DNA of 64,000 nucleotides, from NCBI GenBank assembly GCA_965197745.1, contig CBDANS010000007.1, positions 1,024,001-1,088,000 of the forward strand, read 5' to 3'. The translations under genes and the position numbers were made by a program. This DNA is from Opitutales bacterium (GTDB lineage: Bacteria; Verrucomicrobiota; Verrucomicrobiia; Opitutales; PNEW01). Shown in pieces: positions 51,029 through 62,070 of the stretch. A model generated the notes under the pieces. It was not told where the DNA came from, made no database searches, and was given only the letters and a program-made list of their open reading frames with translations. Each line of letters opens with the position of its first letter. Within the stretch, counting starts at the first letter, position 1.

Positions 51029-53480
51029 TCAGAATAGCTTGCGCAATGTCACGCCGAAGGTCCGTGGTTCGCCCAGGAAGGCGTTAAAGGTCTGAGTCGA
51101 GTCCGGCCCCAGTTCCCCTACCTTGTAGCGGCGCGTCAAAGGCAATTTGAATGTAGTTTTTGGCGAACAGGTTCTTGGCCCACAGCTCCAAGCTCCAATC
51201 CCCGTTGATGCTCCCTATGCCAATGCGCCCATTTACCAAGGCAAAACTATCTTGAAGTTTCTCAACATCCAAGTCTGAACCGGTGTTATAGCTACTCATG
51301 TATCGCAGATTCAGATGCAGGAAACCGAGTAAGGCCCCGTTGAGATCGCGTTCATAGGTGGCAGCACCGGTAACAGTCCATTCAGGCGCGTTGGTGAGCT
51401 GTTGTCCCGCCAAGGATGCATTGGAAATGTTCGCGCCGTACTTCGTATCGGCGTAGGTTAGACCTCCACGCACCGTCAGACCCTCTGATAGCAGGGCTGT
51501 CGTTTCCAGTTCAAGCCCCCGAGAGGTCACCTCATCCAGATTCTCGACTATAAACTGGATTCCATTGAAGGTGTTAAGCTGGAAGTCTTCGAAGTCCATG
51601 TAAAACATCGTCGCATTGACAGTCACACGCTGGTCGAAGAGGCCAAACTTGCCGCCAACCTCGAAGGAGTCCACTGTCTCCGGCTCGAATTAGAGATCCG
51701 CGATCGAAGGAATGGCGCCCAAGAGTGGATTGGACAGACCGGAACGGTCAAGATTGAAGCCGCCTCCCTTGTAGCCGTGCGCATAGTTGGCGAAGATCAA
51801 ATCGTCATCACCGAAGTTATAGGCTATACTGAAGGTGCTGGACCATTCTGTCTCCTCGCGGTCGCCAGTGTATGCACCATCATTGAACGGATTGGTAGAT
51901 GGCAGACACACAAGCCCTATAATGGTGGGTGCCATTTCCGCTGGAATTAGTCCCGAAGCGACCGCCTGTTGCACATTAGTGACGAAAGAAGGGGTACAGG
52001 CACGGTTATTGCTTAGCAAGCTTGCATCGAGATCTTTGGTCTCTTTGGTGTAGCGCAATCCCACAGTGAACTCAAAGTCATCCGCGAAGGTCAAGGTATT
52101 ATGAGTGAATATGGCCGAGCTCCTCGACTGCTGAAAAAATTCGTCCTGAACTACACCGTCACCTTCCAAGAACACGGTGCCAGGCGCCAAACCCGTGAAC
52201 TGAGAGTAAAAACCACTGAATGGATCTCCGGAAACAAGGCCGTTGATGTAATTCTCATAGTGGGCCCCCGTACGGATGGCGTCTCGAAAAGCAAGGTCCT
52301 CCTTACTGTAGAAAAACCCCACCAGCCAGTCCACCATTCCGATTTCGCCCTGGGCCCGAAGTTCCTGGGTAAATGTCTCGAACCCTTGGATAAAACTATC
52401 CTCGTCTCTGTACAGAATATCCACGTTGGTAAAGTCGACATCCTGGCTACGAGCCACCTGCCAATCGCGGTAGACTGTAATTGGGGTAACCGTGGCAAAC
52501 TTTGCATCCCAGTTGATCTCAGCTGACAGTCCCCATTCTTTCACATCCTGTTGATAGCCGCGATCAGCATCGACAGCGCTCTTGCGCTCGAACGGATCGC
52601 CAAGCAGTGTGCCGCCGAGGGCCTGTATGAGGCCAAGCGTCGGTCCAGGCACCCAAGTGACAGCACCGCAACACTGTTCATTGCGGTCGGCGTAGTCGCC
52701 GATCATGCGGACGCTGATAAAGTCGTCCGGTTCCCAAAGCAACTGGCCACGGAATAGCACACGGTCCCGATCGTTGTAATCTCGTTCCAACTCAATATCT
52801 TCCAGAAATCCGTCCCGTTCACTGAACACGGCATCAATGCGCGCTGCCAAGACGTCTTTAATTAAGCTCCCCGTAGCGCCACCTGTCACCCGAATATTGC
52901 TATAATCGCCGTAACCGACTTCAGCGTACCCGTTGCCTTGGTACTCTGGTGCCTTGGTAATGACATTGATCAGTCCTGCCGAGGTGTTGCGCCCAAACAG
53001 GGTTCCTTGCGGGCCGCGCAGGATTTCGATGCGCTCGACCTCGCCGAGTTCGGTCAAACCGACGTTGTTGCGGTTCCGGTAGACGCCGTCGACAAAAATG
53101 CCAACTGCGGATTCGAGGCCAGGGTTGTCGCCCGTGGTACCGACACCGCGGATGCGCGCTACTGCGCCCGCGGATTCCGACCCGGAGCTAGATAAAAACA
53201 AGCTCGGCGAGATGGCCATGAGTTCGCGGATATCCTGAACACCGGCAAACTCAATCTGTGTCTCCGAGTAGGGCGTAACGGCAATGGGCACTTCTTGGGA
53301 TAAGCGTTCCCGCTTTGTGGACGTCACCACAAATTCCTCCATATCTATCACCAGGATCGATTGTTCTTCCTGTGCCTCAATCTCCTTCCCTTGTCCGTTA
53401 TCTCCATCAAGGGGCTCATGGATCCTTGCAACAAAGAAAAGGCAGATTACAAAATACCTACCCTTATTGTTAAATGTCAT
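51029..53480 (-). pseudogene. TonB-dependent receptor with in-frame TAA (51690-51692) and frameshift near 51100
   Basis: Plug motif ERIEILRGPQGTLFGRN; DL*FEPETVDSFE read-through; shifted tail TFNAFLGEPRTFGVTLRKLF*. Confidence 0.88.
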
Positions 53481-53660
53481 ATATTCTTCCCTCTCGCCTG
53501 ATTTGGAGCCCGCACAGAGGTCCAATTAGAACAGTCTACTTTTAAGTAGACTCACATATTCCAGTGGAAATCAAGCAGGATAAGTGGTCTAGTCCACAAA
53601 ATTCATAATTTTGCGATTGCCTGGGTAGTTGAATTACATTAAGATATTTTCTGTCAACAA
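53384..53660. repeat. Copy A of a ~280-bp direct duplication (TonB receptor 5' end and promoter); copy B at 55356-55653
   Basis: Near-identical sequence at both loci. Confidence 0.92.
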
Positions 53661-53831
53661 GATATCGTATAATCTCACCATCCTACACACAATTATATGC
53701 GGTGTAATAACCCTATTGGAATTTCAAGCTTTAGCGAGGCGAGAGGGTTGCCGTTAAGAGAATTTGGAAATAAAAAGGCGATTGAGCTAGTGTTTCATAG
53801 ATTCTCGTGGACAAGGGTTTGTTGAATCAAC

Positions 53832-53990
53832 CTGCAACTCGGCGAGGTGGCGATAGCGATTGAACTCCGCTTGCGAGAAATGCTGTGCTCGGGGTGCGGG
53901 CACAGCGTTAAGGTTGTCGTAGCCCGTCATTGCATAGAACAATTGATCGTCAATCGATGGAATCAGGATGTTGGTCAACTCGCTGCGCAC
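53832..53990 (-). pseudogene. Duplicated internal fragment of the histidine kinase gene (source about 45250-45408)
   Basis: LTNILIPSIDDQLFYAMTGYDNLN...RYRHLAELQ nearly identical to the kinase. Confidence 0.9.
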
Positions 53991-54017
53991 CTTGACCAAT
54001 GACCACGATCCGACTGG

Positions 54018-55271
54018 CTAGAAATTGTAAATCAGGTTTAACTCGATGAAGCTGTCGCGTCGTAACTCATAGTCGAGAGCTGCTCTGTCGATACCGAGAA
54101 GAGCGATTACCTCCAGGTGTAGAAACCACTGTTCAGAGATACGCCGGTTCAATTCGACAGCCATTACACGTGAAGTCATGTCCAAGTCTTTCAGGAAACT
54201 GGTGAGAATCTCTGTGCTTTGGGGATCGTTAAACGAAACGCGCGTGCCAAAGAATAGATCATTCTGGAAGATATTGGTCGCATTTCGGTCACGCTCATCG
54301 TAAGTCCATTCGCCGAGCAGGCTGATATCGGTAGTCGAACCCCATACGGAATAAAACGTATATTCACCGCCAAAAGCGGTAGCAACGTAATCCTCTTCCA
54401 GGCCGAGCCGGTTTCGAGTGCCGGAGCGCTGAATAGCCTCAAGCTTGAACAACCAGGAGCCGATAGTTAGCTGGGTGTCCAGCCCAAACTGGCGGATCTG
54501 CTCGTAGTGCGGAGCGAAGACCAGCGCGCCACTGCGGTCTCTGCTCGGCAGTAGTAAAGGCTCCCGGCTGGTACCATCGAATACGCTCAGACCAATATCC
54601 AAGGGTCCTAAACTGTGGCTGTAGCGGGCAGCGAGATCCAGATGCCACTTCTCGGCATCGCTCTCATAAGAGGTCTGCTCAGTGTCCACGACTAGTGGAA
54701 AGCGCAGACGGCCAAATCTGCTCGGAAAGGTGCGCGCGCGGTGGTAGGTCAGACCAAATATTTCTGCCACACCCCAATCTCCGGACCAAGTGAGATGGGC
54801 CATGGGTTGACCTAGCTTAGGTTCTTTGTATGGGTGTTCCACCAAGTCGATCTGGTTGATGATATTTACTAGGTGGCGGGATTCGGTAACTCCCCAGAAT
54901 ACCCGGTCAACGCCCAGGCGCAGTTCCCATTCATCATTGCCGATTTCGCCGAATAGCAAAAGGTAGGCTTCACGCAGATCGGCATGCGTGCGGTGTGGAT
55001 CCCAGGCGTCGTAACGAAATAACGGCGCCAGAGTGAGGCTTCTACCCTCGACGTCCTCAAGATAGAGTTTTAGCTCCGCAACAAAACCGCTGGCATGCGA
55101 GCGCTGGTCGGAATGAGCGGCGGCTTGGGGATGCCACCGGCTTCCAACACTCAAGCGTCCAGAAAACTCGCGGTTAACGATCTCAGCACGTACTTCGACG
55201 GGTAAGACCAAGGCCAAAATCCAGACGGTGCTGAGAACCGTGCTTTGAAGAATAACACGAATCAGCATCAA
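54018..55271 (-). CDS. Putative outer-membrane beta-barrel protein (typical MMPL/LolA-like operon partner)
   Basis: Signal peptide, LREAY, VFWGVTES..LVNIINQ, C-terminal YNF. Confidence 0.75.
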   Translation of the reverse strand: MMLIRVILQSTVLSTVWILALVLPVEVRAEIVNREFSGRLSVGSRWHPQAAAHSDQRSHASGFVAELKLYLEDVEGRSLTLAPLFRYDAWDPHRTHADLREAYLLLFGEIGNDEWELRLGVDRVFWGVTESRHLVNIINQIDLVEHPYKEPKLGQPMAHLTWSGDWGVAEIFGLTYHRARTFPSRFGRLRFPLVVDTEQTSYESDAEKWHLDLAARYSHSLGPLDIGLSVFDGTSREPLLLPSRDRSGALVFAPHYEQIRQFGLDTQLTIGSWLFKLEAIQRSGTRNRLGLEEDYVATAFGGEYTFYSVWGSTTDISLLGEWTYDERDRNATNIFQNDLFFGTRVSFNDPQSTEILTSFLKDLDMTSRVMAVELNRRISEQWFLHLEVIALLGIDRAALDYELRRDSFIELNLIYNF

Positions 55272-55358
55272 CTTACTCGTCTCAGCCCTGTTTGGGTGAA
55301 ATCGCAGTCATTGAGTTCAGTTCGGAACTGATAATCCGTCCAGGTCAACACGGTGCTC
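55268..55358 (-). pseudogene. 3' remnant of a second LolA-like gene
   Basis: STVLTWTDYQFRTELNDCDFTQTGLRRVS* vs STVMTWSDYQFRTQLDASDFSQTGLRRTR* at 60.6 kb. Confidence 0.8.
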
Positions 55359-56211
55359 CTTCCCTTGTCCGTTCGCTCCATCAAGGGGCTCATGGATCCT
55401 TGCAACAAAGAAGAGGCAGATTACAAAATACCTACCCCTATTGTTAAATGTCATATATTCTTCCCTCTCGCCTGATTTGGAGCCCGCACAGAGGTCCAAT
55501 TAGAACAGTCTACTTTTAAGTAGACTCACATATTCCAGTGGAAATCAAGCAGGATAAGTGGTCTAGTCCACAAAATTCATAATTTTGCGATTGCCTGGGT
55601 AGTTGAATTACATTAAGATATTTTCTGTCAACAAGATATCGTATAATTTCACCATAAAGGTGTCTTCCAGAATCTTAAGTGCAATCTCAAGGCTTACCAG
55701 AAGCGGTCCAATCTGGGGCTAGAGTGGCCATTCGGGGACCGCAGGCCATACGTTTTCCACACTGACTGTTTCGATGTAACCGTTGTACTCTCGCCGATCA
55801 TCGCCAGCTGCGGACGCTGAACGTGAAAAGTCTGGATTGTGGTCCATTGGATAGGAAAGAGAAGTGTATACTTAATTAACAAACCTCCTCTTTTTTCGCA
55901 TAGCGCTGACAATCTCGTTGGCTGAAAAGTGCCTGTCAAGATCCGATGACACTAAATTGACTGGTTTCTTGGTAATGTAGCACCCTGCACCGTGGCCCTG
56001 TTACATTGCAATTTGGCACTTGTCGATCATTGCATCCAGAACTGGCTTCATTTGCTAGGGGACAAGACTCTGGATATTACGGTTGAGCCCTTCACCATGG
56101 ATGGGAAGCGAACGCCCGACAAGCAGCCGCCGTTCAAAGGCGTGAGGCTCAGCCCCTGATACATATTACTATTGACACGCCAAAGAAATATCGACAAATT
56201 GAAAATTTGAG

Positions 56212-57366
56212 ATGGTTAAAATACCAACGGCATATACGGAAAGTTATGCGAAGGCCTGTCTCGTCGACCCTACGGCGGCTGATAACTATATCAAGCACAC
56301 CCTGATTGGGGATCCTGAACTTGACCCGGTGATGGAGGAACTCTCCTCGTTGCCTCCTGGGGACCTGCACCGGTTCATCGAGGCTGGCATAGAGCAGCAG
56401 GATGATGTCCTGCCCACTGCGCCGCGGGTACTGCGCGATTACTTCGAAAATTTTAAAGATCCTCCCTGGCTCGACTACGAAGCCTTTCGTCCAGGGATTC
56501 GCGCCTTCCACGCAAACGTAAACCTCATGCTCGTTGCATTCGTTACGGGGGTGCTAGTGGAAGGCTTTTCGACGCTTATCGCGAAGTCTTTCAATATTAC
56601 CGGGCGGGTGGCCTCGACGAAAAGACGACTCCAGCAGAATAACCGCCACATGATGGATATTTTTTTCCCCGGTGGATTGCTAAGAAATGGCGATGGATGG
56701 AAGCTGTCCACGCGCATTCGCTTCATTCATACTCGGATAAGGAACCTGTTGGCGAAATCCGACGATTGGAATCACGAAGCTTTGGGCATGCCGGTAAGTG
56801 CTGCGCACTTGGGATTTGCCATATCCGTATTTTCCCAGCGCTTGGTAGAATACTCGTTGTTGGTGGGCGCGTTACTTAACAAGGAAGAACAAGAGAGTGT
56901 TATTAATGTTTGGCGCTACACCGGTTATCTCATGGGGATACCTGAAACAATCCTGTATACCAGTCGCGCGGACGCGGTAAAAATGTACAAAATCGGGTAT
57001 CTGTGCGAGCCGCCGCCGGACTCCGATTCGGTGACTGTGGCGAATATGTTGATTCAGTCCATTCCTTCAGTTGCGGATATAAACGATCCCGTTGAAAAGA
57101 AAAACCTAGTAAAATTGGCCTACCGTCTTTCACGAGCCCTCATAGGAAACCGAATCGCCGACCAGTTTCAGTTCCCCAAGACCTCTACCCTAGGAACCCT
57201 GTGGATTTACCGGATGAAACAACGCTTCCAGCGATTCCTGAAGAGCAATCAGATCCTTAGGTCGGAGAATTTTTCTCAACTTCTGAAAATCTCGGTGTAC
57301 GACGATCAAGGACTAAGTTACAGGATGCCCAACCACGTCCACACAGCAAAATCAATCGACTGGTGA
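56212..57366 (+). CDS. Oxygenase of the MpaB / rubber oxygenase (Lcp-like) family
   Basis: GDPELD, PPWLD, TGR...RRL, RIRFIHTRIR, W...GMPVS, WRYTGYLMGIPE. Confidence 0.8.
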   Translation: MVKIPTAYTESYAKACLVDPTAADNYIKHTLIGDPELDPVMEELSSLPPGDLHRFIEAGIEQQDDVLPTAPRVLRDYFENFKDPPWLDYEAFRPGIRAFHANVNLMLVAFVTGVLVEGFSTLIAKSFNITGRVASTKRRLQQNNRHMMDIFFPGGLLRNGDGWKLSTRIRFIHTRIRNLLAKSDDWNHEALGMPVSAAHLGFAISVFSQRLVEYSLLVGALLNKEEQESVINVWRYTGYLMGIPETILYTSRADAVKMYKIGYLCEPPPDSDSVTVANMLIQSIPSVADINDPVEKKNLVKLAYRLSRALIGNRIADQFQFPKTSTLGTLWIYRMKQRFQRFLKSNQILRSENFSQLLKISVYDDQGLSYRMPNHVHTAKSIDW

Positions 57367-57543
57367 AGATGCTTAAGGCTGTTGTACAACCAACTTCGAA
57401 TGGCACCCGTTTCCGTCTGGTAACAGGAAACAGGGATTTGGCCATTAGAGGGAACAAAGGTATCTGTAGTCGGCAGTGTCGATAGCACTACGCAATCGAG
57501 TCGGCGATTCAGTCGCAGCTTGCAGCCCAGGAGCGTCGAGGCT

Positions 57544-59835
57544 ATGAATCCTTTGCAATTGGACCGCTACATTGCGACCATTGTGAGCCACCGGTGGCTG
57601 GTCGCTGCTCTGGCCGTGTTGGTCATGGTGGTGATGGCGGCGGGCGTACGCTTTATTTCCGTGACAAACGATTACCGAATCATGCTGGGTGAAGACAATC
57701 CGCAACTCGCGGCTTTTGACGCCCTGGAGAACACCTATTCGGTATCGAACAAGGCCCTGATTGCCGTCGCCCCTCAGGAGGGCTTGGTGTTCACTCGCGA
57801 GGCGCTTGGGGCGATTGAGGAGCTGACCGAAACCGCGTGGCGTGCCCCTTATTCCAATCGGGTCGACTCCCTGAGCAACTACTCCCATAGCGAGGCCTCC
57901 GGGGATGATTTGATTGTCGAACCGCTCGTCGATAACGCGCAATCGCTGAGTGATGCTGACGTGGCGCGGATCGAGACGATCGCGCTGAACGCAATCGAGA
58001 TTGCGGGGCGTCTGGTCTCCCATGACGGACGTGTGGGCGGGTTGGTGATCAATTTCGTACTGCCCGAAAATCCGGATGCCGCGGTGGTCGAGATAACCGA
58101 TTATCTTGATGCCCAGCTGGAAAAGGCGCGCGCGCGCCATCCGGATGTCGCTTTTTACCTGACCGGCGATGTTATCATGAACCGCGCTTTCGCCGACGCC
58201 ACCCAAGATGATTTGAAGACCCTCGTACCGGTCGTGTTTGTGATCATCACAGCCGCTGCAGCCTTTCTGCTGCGTTCGGTATGGGGCACTCTGGCCATCG
58301 TTGTCGTGCTGGTGTTCGTGGTCAACACCACTATGGGGTTCGCCGGCTGGCTCGGCACGGTGTTCAACCCCGCCAATTCTGGCGTACCGCTCATCGTCAT
58401 GGCAGTCGCCGTCGCGCATTCGGTGCATATCGTCTTAACCACTTTACAGCGCATGAGCCATGGTCTGGACAGGAATGCGGCGATTGCGCAATCGCTTCGT
58501 AGCAATGCCTATCCGGTGTTTCTTACCACCCTCACGACGGCGATCGGGTTTCTCAGCCTGAATGCATCGGATTCGCCACCTTTTCACGACTTAGGCAATT
58601 ACGTGGCCTTTGGCGTGTTATGTGCCTTCGTCTACTCCATGACTCTCCTGCCAGCGATGCTTTCGCTCCTGCCATTGCGTGCGCCTCCTGTCCGCCCTGA
58701 ACGGCCTGTCTTCTTCGACCGCTTCGGCGCCTTTGTCGTCGAATACCGCAGATTCTTGCTTTGGTTCGTCGTCCTTCTGGCCGTGTTGCTGGCCATGGGC
58801 ATTCCCCGCAATGAACTGAGCGACAACTGGACGCGGTATTTCGATGATCGTTATGAGTTTCGGCGCCACACAGACTTCGTCATCGAAAACCTGACGGGTT
58901 TGGAAACGCTGGAATACTCGCTGAACACGGGGTGCGAAGGCGGTATCACCGATCCCGAATACCTACAGACAATTAATGGTTTCGCCGAATGGTACCGGGG
59001 GCAACCCGAAGTGGTCCATGTCCAGGCCTTTCCGGACATCATGAAGCGTCTCAACAAGAACATGCACGGCGACGACCCGGCCTTCTATCGGTTACCTGAC
59101 AATCCGTCGCTCGCTGCGCAATATCTGTTGCTCTACGAGCTTTCACTTCCGTTCGGCAGTGATCTCAACGACCGTATTGACGTCGCCAAATCCGCAACGC
59201 GCATGACCGTCGTGGTCCGCGGTTCGTCGGCTAGGGAGCAGCGCGAGCTTGATGCGCGTGCGCAGGTTTGGCTCCGCGACCATGCGCCCGACCTTACGAC
59301 CGCAGCATCGGGCATCAGTATGGTCTTCGCTCACCTTTCCAAACGAAACATCGACAGCATGCTACGTGGCACGATCATGGCCATGGCCCTCATTTCGCTC
59401 ATCCTGATCTGGGTTTTCAAAAGCGTGCGCCTGGGCCTCGTCAGCCTGATCCCAAATTTCCTTCCCGCAGTCATGAGCTTCGGTCTGTGGGGCTATCTCG
59501 TCGGCCGTGTGGGCATTGCCTCCTCAGTCGTCACCGCCGTCGCCTTCGGCATTATCGTGGACGATACCATTCATTTTCTGACCAAATACCTAAAAGCTCG
59601 CCGCGAGGGCCTCCAAGCGTCCGAAGCGGTGCGCTCGGCCTTTCGCACTGTAGGTCAGGCGTTATGGACCACGACCGCGGTCTTGTCGGCGGGCTTCCTG
59701 GTGTTCGCTTCATCGGGATTCGAAGTCAGTTGGGCGCTTGGTCTTCTGGTCACGATCACCGTCATCTTCGCGCTCCTCACCGATTTCTTTCTTCTGTCCA
59801 CTCTGCTGATAGCCATCGACCGGGAGAAACCATGA
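57544..59835 (+). CDS. MMPL/RND family transporter
   Basis: Two MMPL halves, TTAIGFLSL, GIIVDDTIHF. Confidence 0.9.
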   Translation: MNPLQLDRYIATIVSHRWLVAALAVLVMVVMAAGVRFISVTNDYRIMLGEDNPQLAAFDALENTYSVSNKALIAVAPQEGLVFTREALGAIEELTETAWRAPYSNRVDSLSNYSHSEASGDDLIVEPLVDNAQSLSDADVARIETIALNAIEIAGRLVSHDGRVGGLVINFVLPENPDAAVVEITDYLDAQLEKARARHPDVAFYLTGDVIMNRAFADATQDDLKTLVPVVFVIITAAAAFLLRSVWGTLAIVVVLVFVVNTTMGFAGWLGTVFNPANSGVPLIVMAVAVAHSVHIVLTTLQRMSHGLDRNAAIAQSLRSNAYPVFLTTLTTAIGFLSLNASDSPPFHDLGNYVAFGVLCAFVYSMTLLPAMLSLLPLRAPPVRPERPVFFDRFGAFVVEYRRFLLWFVVLLAVLLAMGIPRNELSDNWTRYFDDRYEFRRHTDFVIENLTGLETLEYSLNTGCEGGITDPEYLQTINGFAEWYRGQPEVVHVQAFPDIMKRLNKNMHGDDPAFYRLPDNPSLAAQYLLLYELSLPFGSDLNDRIDVAKSATRMTVVVRGSSAREQRELDARAQVWLRDHAPDLTTAASGISMVFAHLSKRNIDSMLRGTIMAMALISLILIWVFKSVRLGLVSLIPNFLPAVMSFGLWGYLVGRVGIASSVVTAVAFGIIVDDTIHFLTKYLKARREGLQASEAVRSAFRTVGQALWTTTAVLSAGFLVFASSGFEVSWALGLLVTITVIFALLTDFFLLSTLLIAIDREKP

Positions 59836-60647
59836 TCCACGTCTATCTCACTCGATCGGCATGCTTGTTTCTCGTCCCCTGCCTGGCTTATCTGGGTACG
59901 CCCTCCCTCGCCCGTTCAGACGACGCCACTGCCGAGGAAGCTGGGCTGAAAATCGCGGTTGAAGCACGCGATCGTGCAAAGGGTTTTGGCAATTTTACGG
60001 CTCGCCAGACCATGGTGCTGCGCAACAGGCAGGGACAGGAGAGTCAGCGCGAACTGCGCGTAAAGGTTCTGGAGGTTGACGGTGACGCCGACATGAGCAT
60101 GTTCGTGTTCGATCATCCGCGCGACATCAAGGGGACCGCACTTCTCATCCACGCCCACCGGAAAGGGGCGGACGACCAATGGCTCTATCTGCCCGCCCTG
60201 AAACGGGTCAAGCGCATCAGTTCCTCGAATCGTTCCGGTTCCTTCATGGGCAGCGAATTTGCCTATGAGGACATGAGCGCCCCGGAGGTGGAGAAGTTTA
60301 CCTACCGCTACCTGCGCGACGAGCCTTACGGCGAGTTGACATGCACGGTCTCCGAACGCGTCCCCGTCGATAATAAATCGGGCTACACTCGCCAACTCGT
60401 CTGGCGCGACAAGGACGAGCTTCGCGTCTTGAAAGTGTATTACTTCGACCGCAAGAATGAACACCTGAAGACTCTCACCATGAGCAACTACGCGCAGTAT
60501 CTGGATCGTTACTGGCAGGCGGGCACGATGACAATGGTCAATCATCTCACCGGTAAAAGCACCGTTATGACTTGGTCCGATTATCAGTTTCGTACCCAAC
60601 TCGATGCCTCCGACTTCTCCCAAACCGGCCTCAGACGCACGCGTTGA
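59832..60647 (+). CDS. Outer membrane lipoprotein-sorting (LolA-like) protein
   Basis: PRDIKGTALL, DDQWLYLPALKRVKRI, SFMGSEFAYED; ATGA overlap with the MMPL stop. Confidence 0.88.
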   Translation: MIHVYLTRSACLFLVPCLAYLGTPSLARSDDATAEEAGLKIAVEARDRAKGFGNFTARQTMVLRNRQGQESQRELRVKVLEVDGDADMSMFVFDHPRDIKGTALLIHAHRKGADDQWLYLPALKRVKRISSSNRSGSFMGSEFAYEDMSAPEVEKFTYRYLRDEPYGELTCTVSERVPVDNKSGYTRQLVWRDKDELRVLKVYYFDRKNEHLKTLTMSNYAQYLDRYWQAGTMTMVNHLTGKSTVMTWSDYQFRTQLDASDFSQTGLRRTR

Positions 60648-60749
60648 TCCCTACCCCTCCTCATCACGCGCGCACCTTTTCTTGGCCGTCTGCGTTTCCG
60701 GCAAGATAAAAATTAAGGGGACAATATACAATGCTAGCCAAAAGTAAGA

Positions 60750-61106
60750 TTAAAGAGATTTCTTCTCAAGAAGAGACAGAATCTGATCAAGTTTCTCGTC
60801 TATCGGTTTTAATCGATCAAAAATCTGATCTTGAGAAGCTGGCTTTAAATGCTTTGTTATCGATTGAAGAACTTGATATAGCTCTACAGCGTGAATCTGA
60901 CAGGTTAAAGTCACAGGGGTATCCACCTGAGGATTGTAAAACGTTCTCCATGTTGCTTCGATCACTAGAGCGTAGGAACCATCTAGATCCGGATGGGGAT
61001 GACATGATATGTCAATTACGCGAAACGAATAGTCGTGTCTCCTTAATAACTCTCGCAACGAATCTGGTTGCATGGTATCGTCGTGGTTCTCCTTTGAATC
61101 GTTCAT
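60750..61106 (-). CDS. Hypothetical protein
   Basis: 118-aa ORF with a homologous remnant at 38032-38162 and a shared leader motif. Confidence 0.6.
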   Translation of the reverse strand: MNDSKENHDDTMQPDSLRELLRRHDYSFRVIDISCHPHPDLDGSYALVIEATWRTFYNPQVDTPVTLTCQIHAVELYQVLQSITKHLKPASQDQIFDRLKPIDEKLDQILSLLEKKSL

Positions 61107-61224
61107 AAGTTTTATATCTTTCGTTTGTTGTTAATCATTAAATAGTTAAAATATGATATTTATGTTTATACTCTTACAGGTAGTGTTTTATCTAGGGATC
61201 TCGGCTTTGTTTTTTATACATCCT

Positions 61225-61527
61225 CTAAGAAGCCCCCCTCCCTCTTCCAGCGAACCAGAAAGCAATTATACTGCTAGCTATCGGGAGAATTGTTGTGAAC
61301 AGGTTCTTAGCATCATCGAGCTTATCGATATAAACAAGGAAACCAATAAAGAGGGGTCCTCCAAAAAAGAGAAACAAAGTTGCGGCCAAGCTAATAATGA
61401 TACGAACCCAACTTCTACGAATCTCCAATAATTCTAATCGTTGATTAACAGATAGCGGTTCTGTCTCACATAATCTTTCCCACCAACGCAATCTGATAGG
61501 TTTTTCTAGTAGTTCGTCGTTTCCCAT
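61225..61527 (-). CDS. Small hypothetical membrane protein (two helices)
   Basis: Two hydrophobic segments; same leader motif as the 61106 gene. Confidence 0.6.
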   Translation of the reverse strand: MGNDELLEKPIRLRWWERLCETEPLSVNQRLELLEIRRSWVRIIISLAATLFLFFGGPLFIGFLVYIDKLDDAKNLFTTILPIASSIIAFWFAGRGRGAS

Positions 61528-61612
61528 GTTTATACTTTCGTTTATTGTTGATTATTAAATAGTTAAATAAGAAAAAAATGAAATGTGTATTAAGTCAGCC
61601 TCGTACAGGGGG

Positions 61613-61677
61613 AGCAGGCGGTGGAAATTATCTAACGATCAATGGATATTCACCAGCAGGCGGTGGAAATTATCTAA
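61613..61677. repeat. 23-bp direct repeat pair
   Basis: AGCAGGCGGTGGAAATTATCTAA at 61613 and 61655. Confidence 0.85.
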
Positions 61678-62070
61678 GAGAACTTAAACGTGATAACGGA
61701 AGCACCCTTCGGAATGTTGAATTCTTTAATGTCTTGGATAATCCCAAGATCGCGAGCACGTTTAGGGAGCAAGATATCACTTTTACTGAATAATCTATTC
61801 GCTTGGTTCTTGGTGACTTTAGTCCTTTCGACCAGTATTGATTCTGCAAAGTTTTGGCCGGCGTTGAGCTGATTAACCATCTCGATAAGTTCATTCTGTC
61901 TATAGTTAAGGGGATGCTCGATAAGAGATTGACCTACAAAGGATTGGTATCTTAAAGGGGCTTATACCAAAAAAACCAAAACTTATTGAACCAGTAAAAG
62001 GAACTTTGAAACAAGTAGTTAAGTCTATCTTTATAAAAGACTTAAAGCCTAAGAGGGTTAAGAAAAAGAA

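Noticed and set aside
43789..60623. Many long antisense or alternate-frame ORFs (e.g. 57445-58428, 59916-60623, 43789-44424, the 59268 extension)
   Set aside because: They are shadows of real GC-rich genes and have no recognisable motifs.
60731..61108. Plus-strand 125-aa ORF
   Set aside because: It fully overlaps the minus-strand ORF, which has a homologous remnant at 38 kb and the shared leader.
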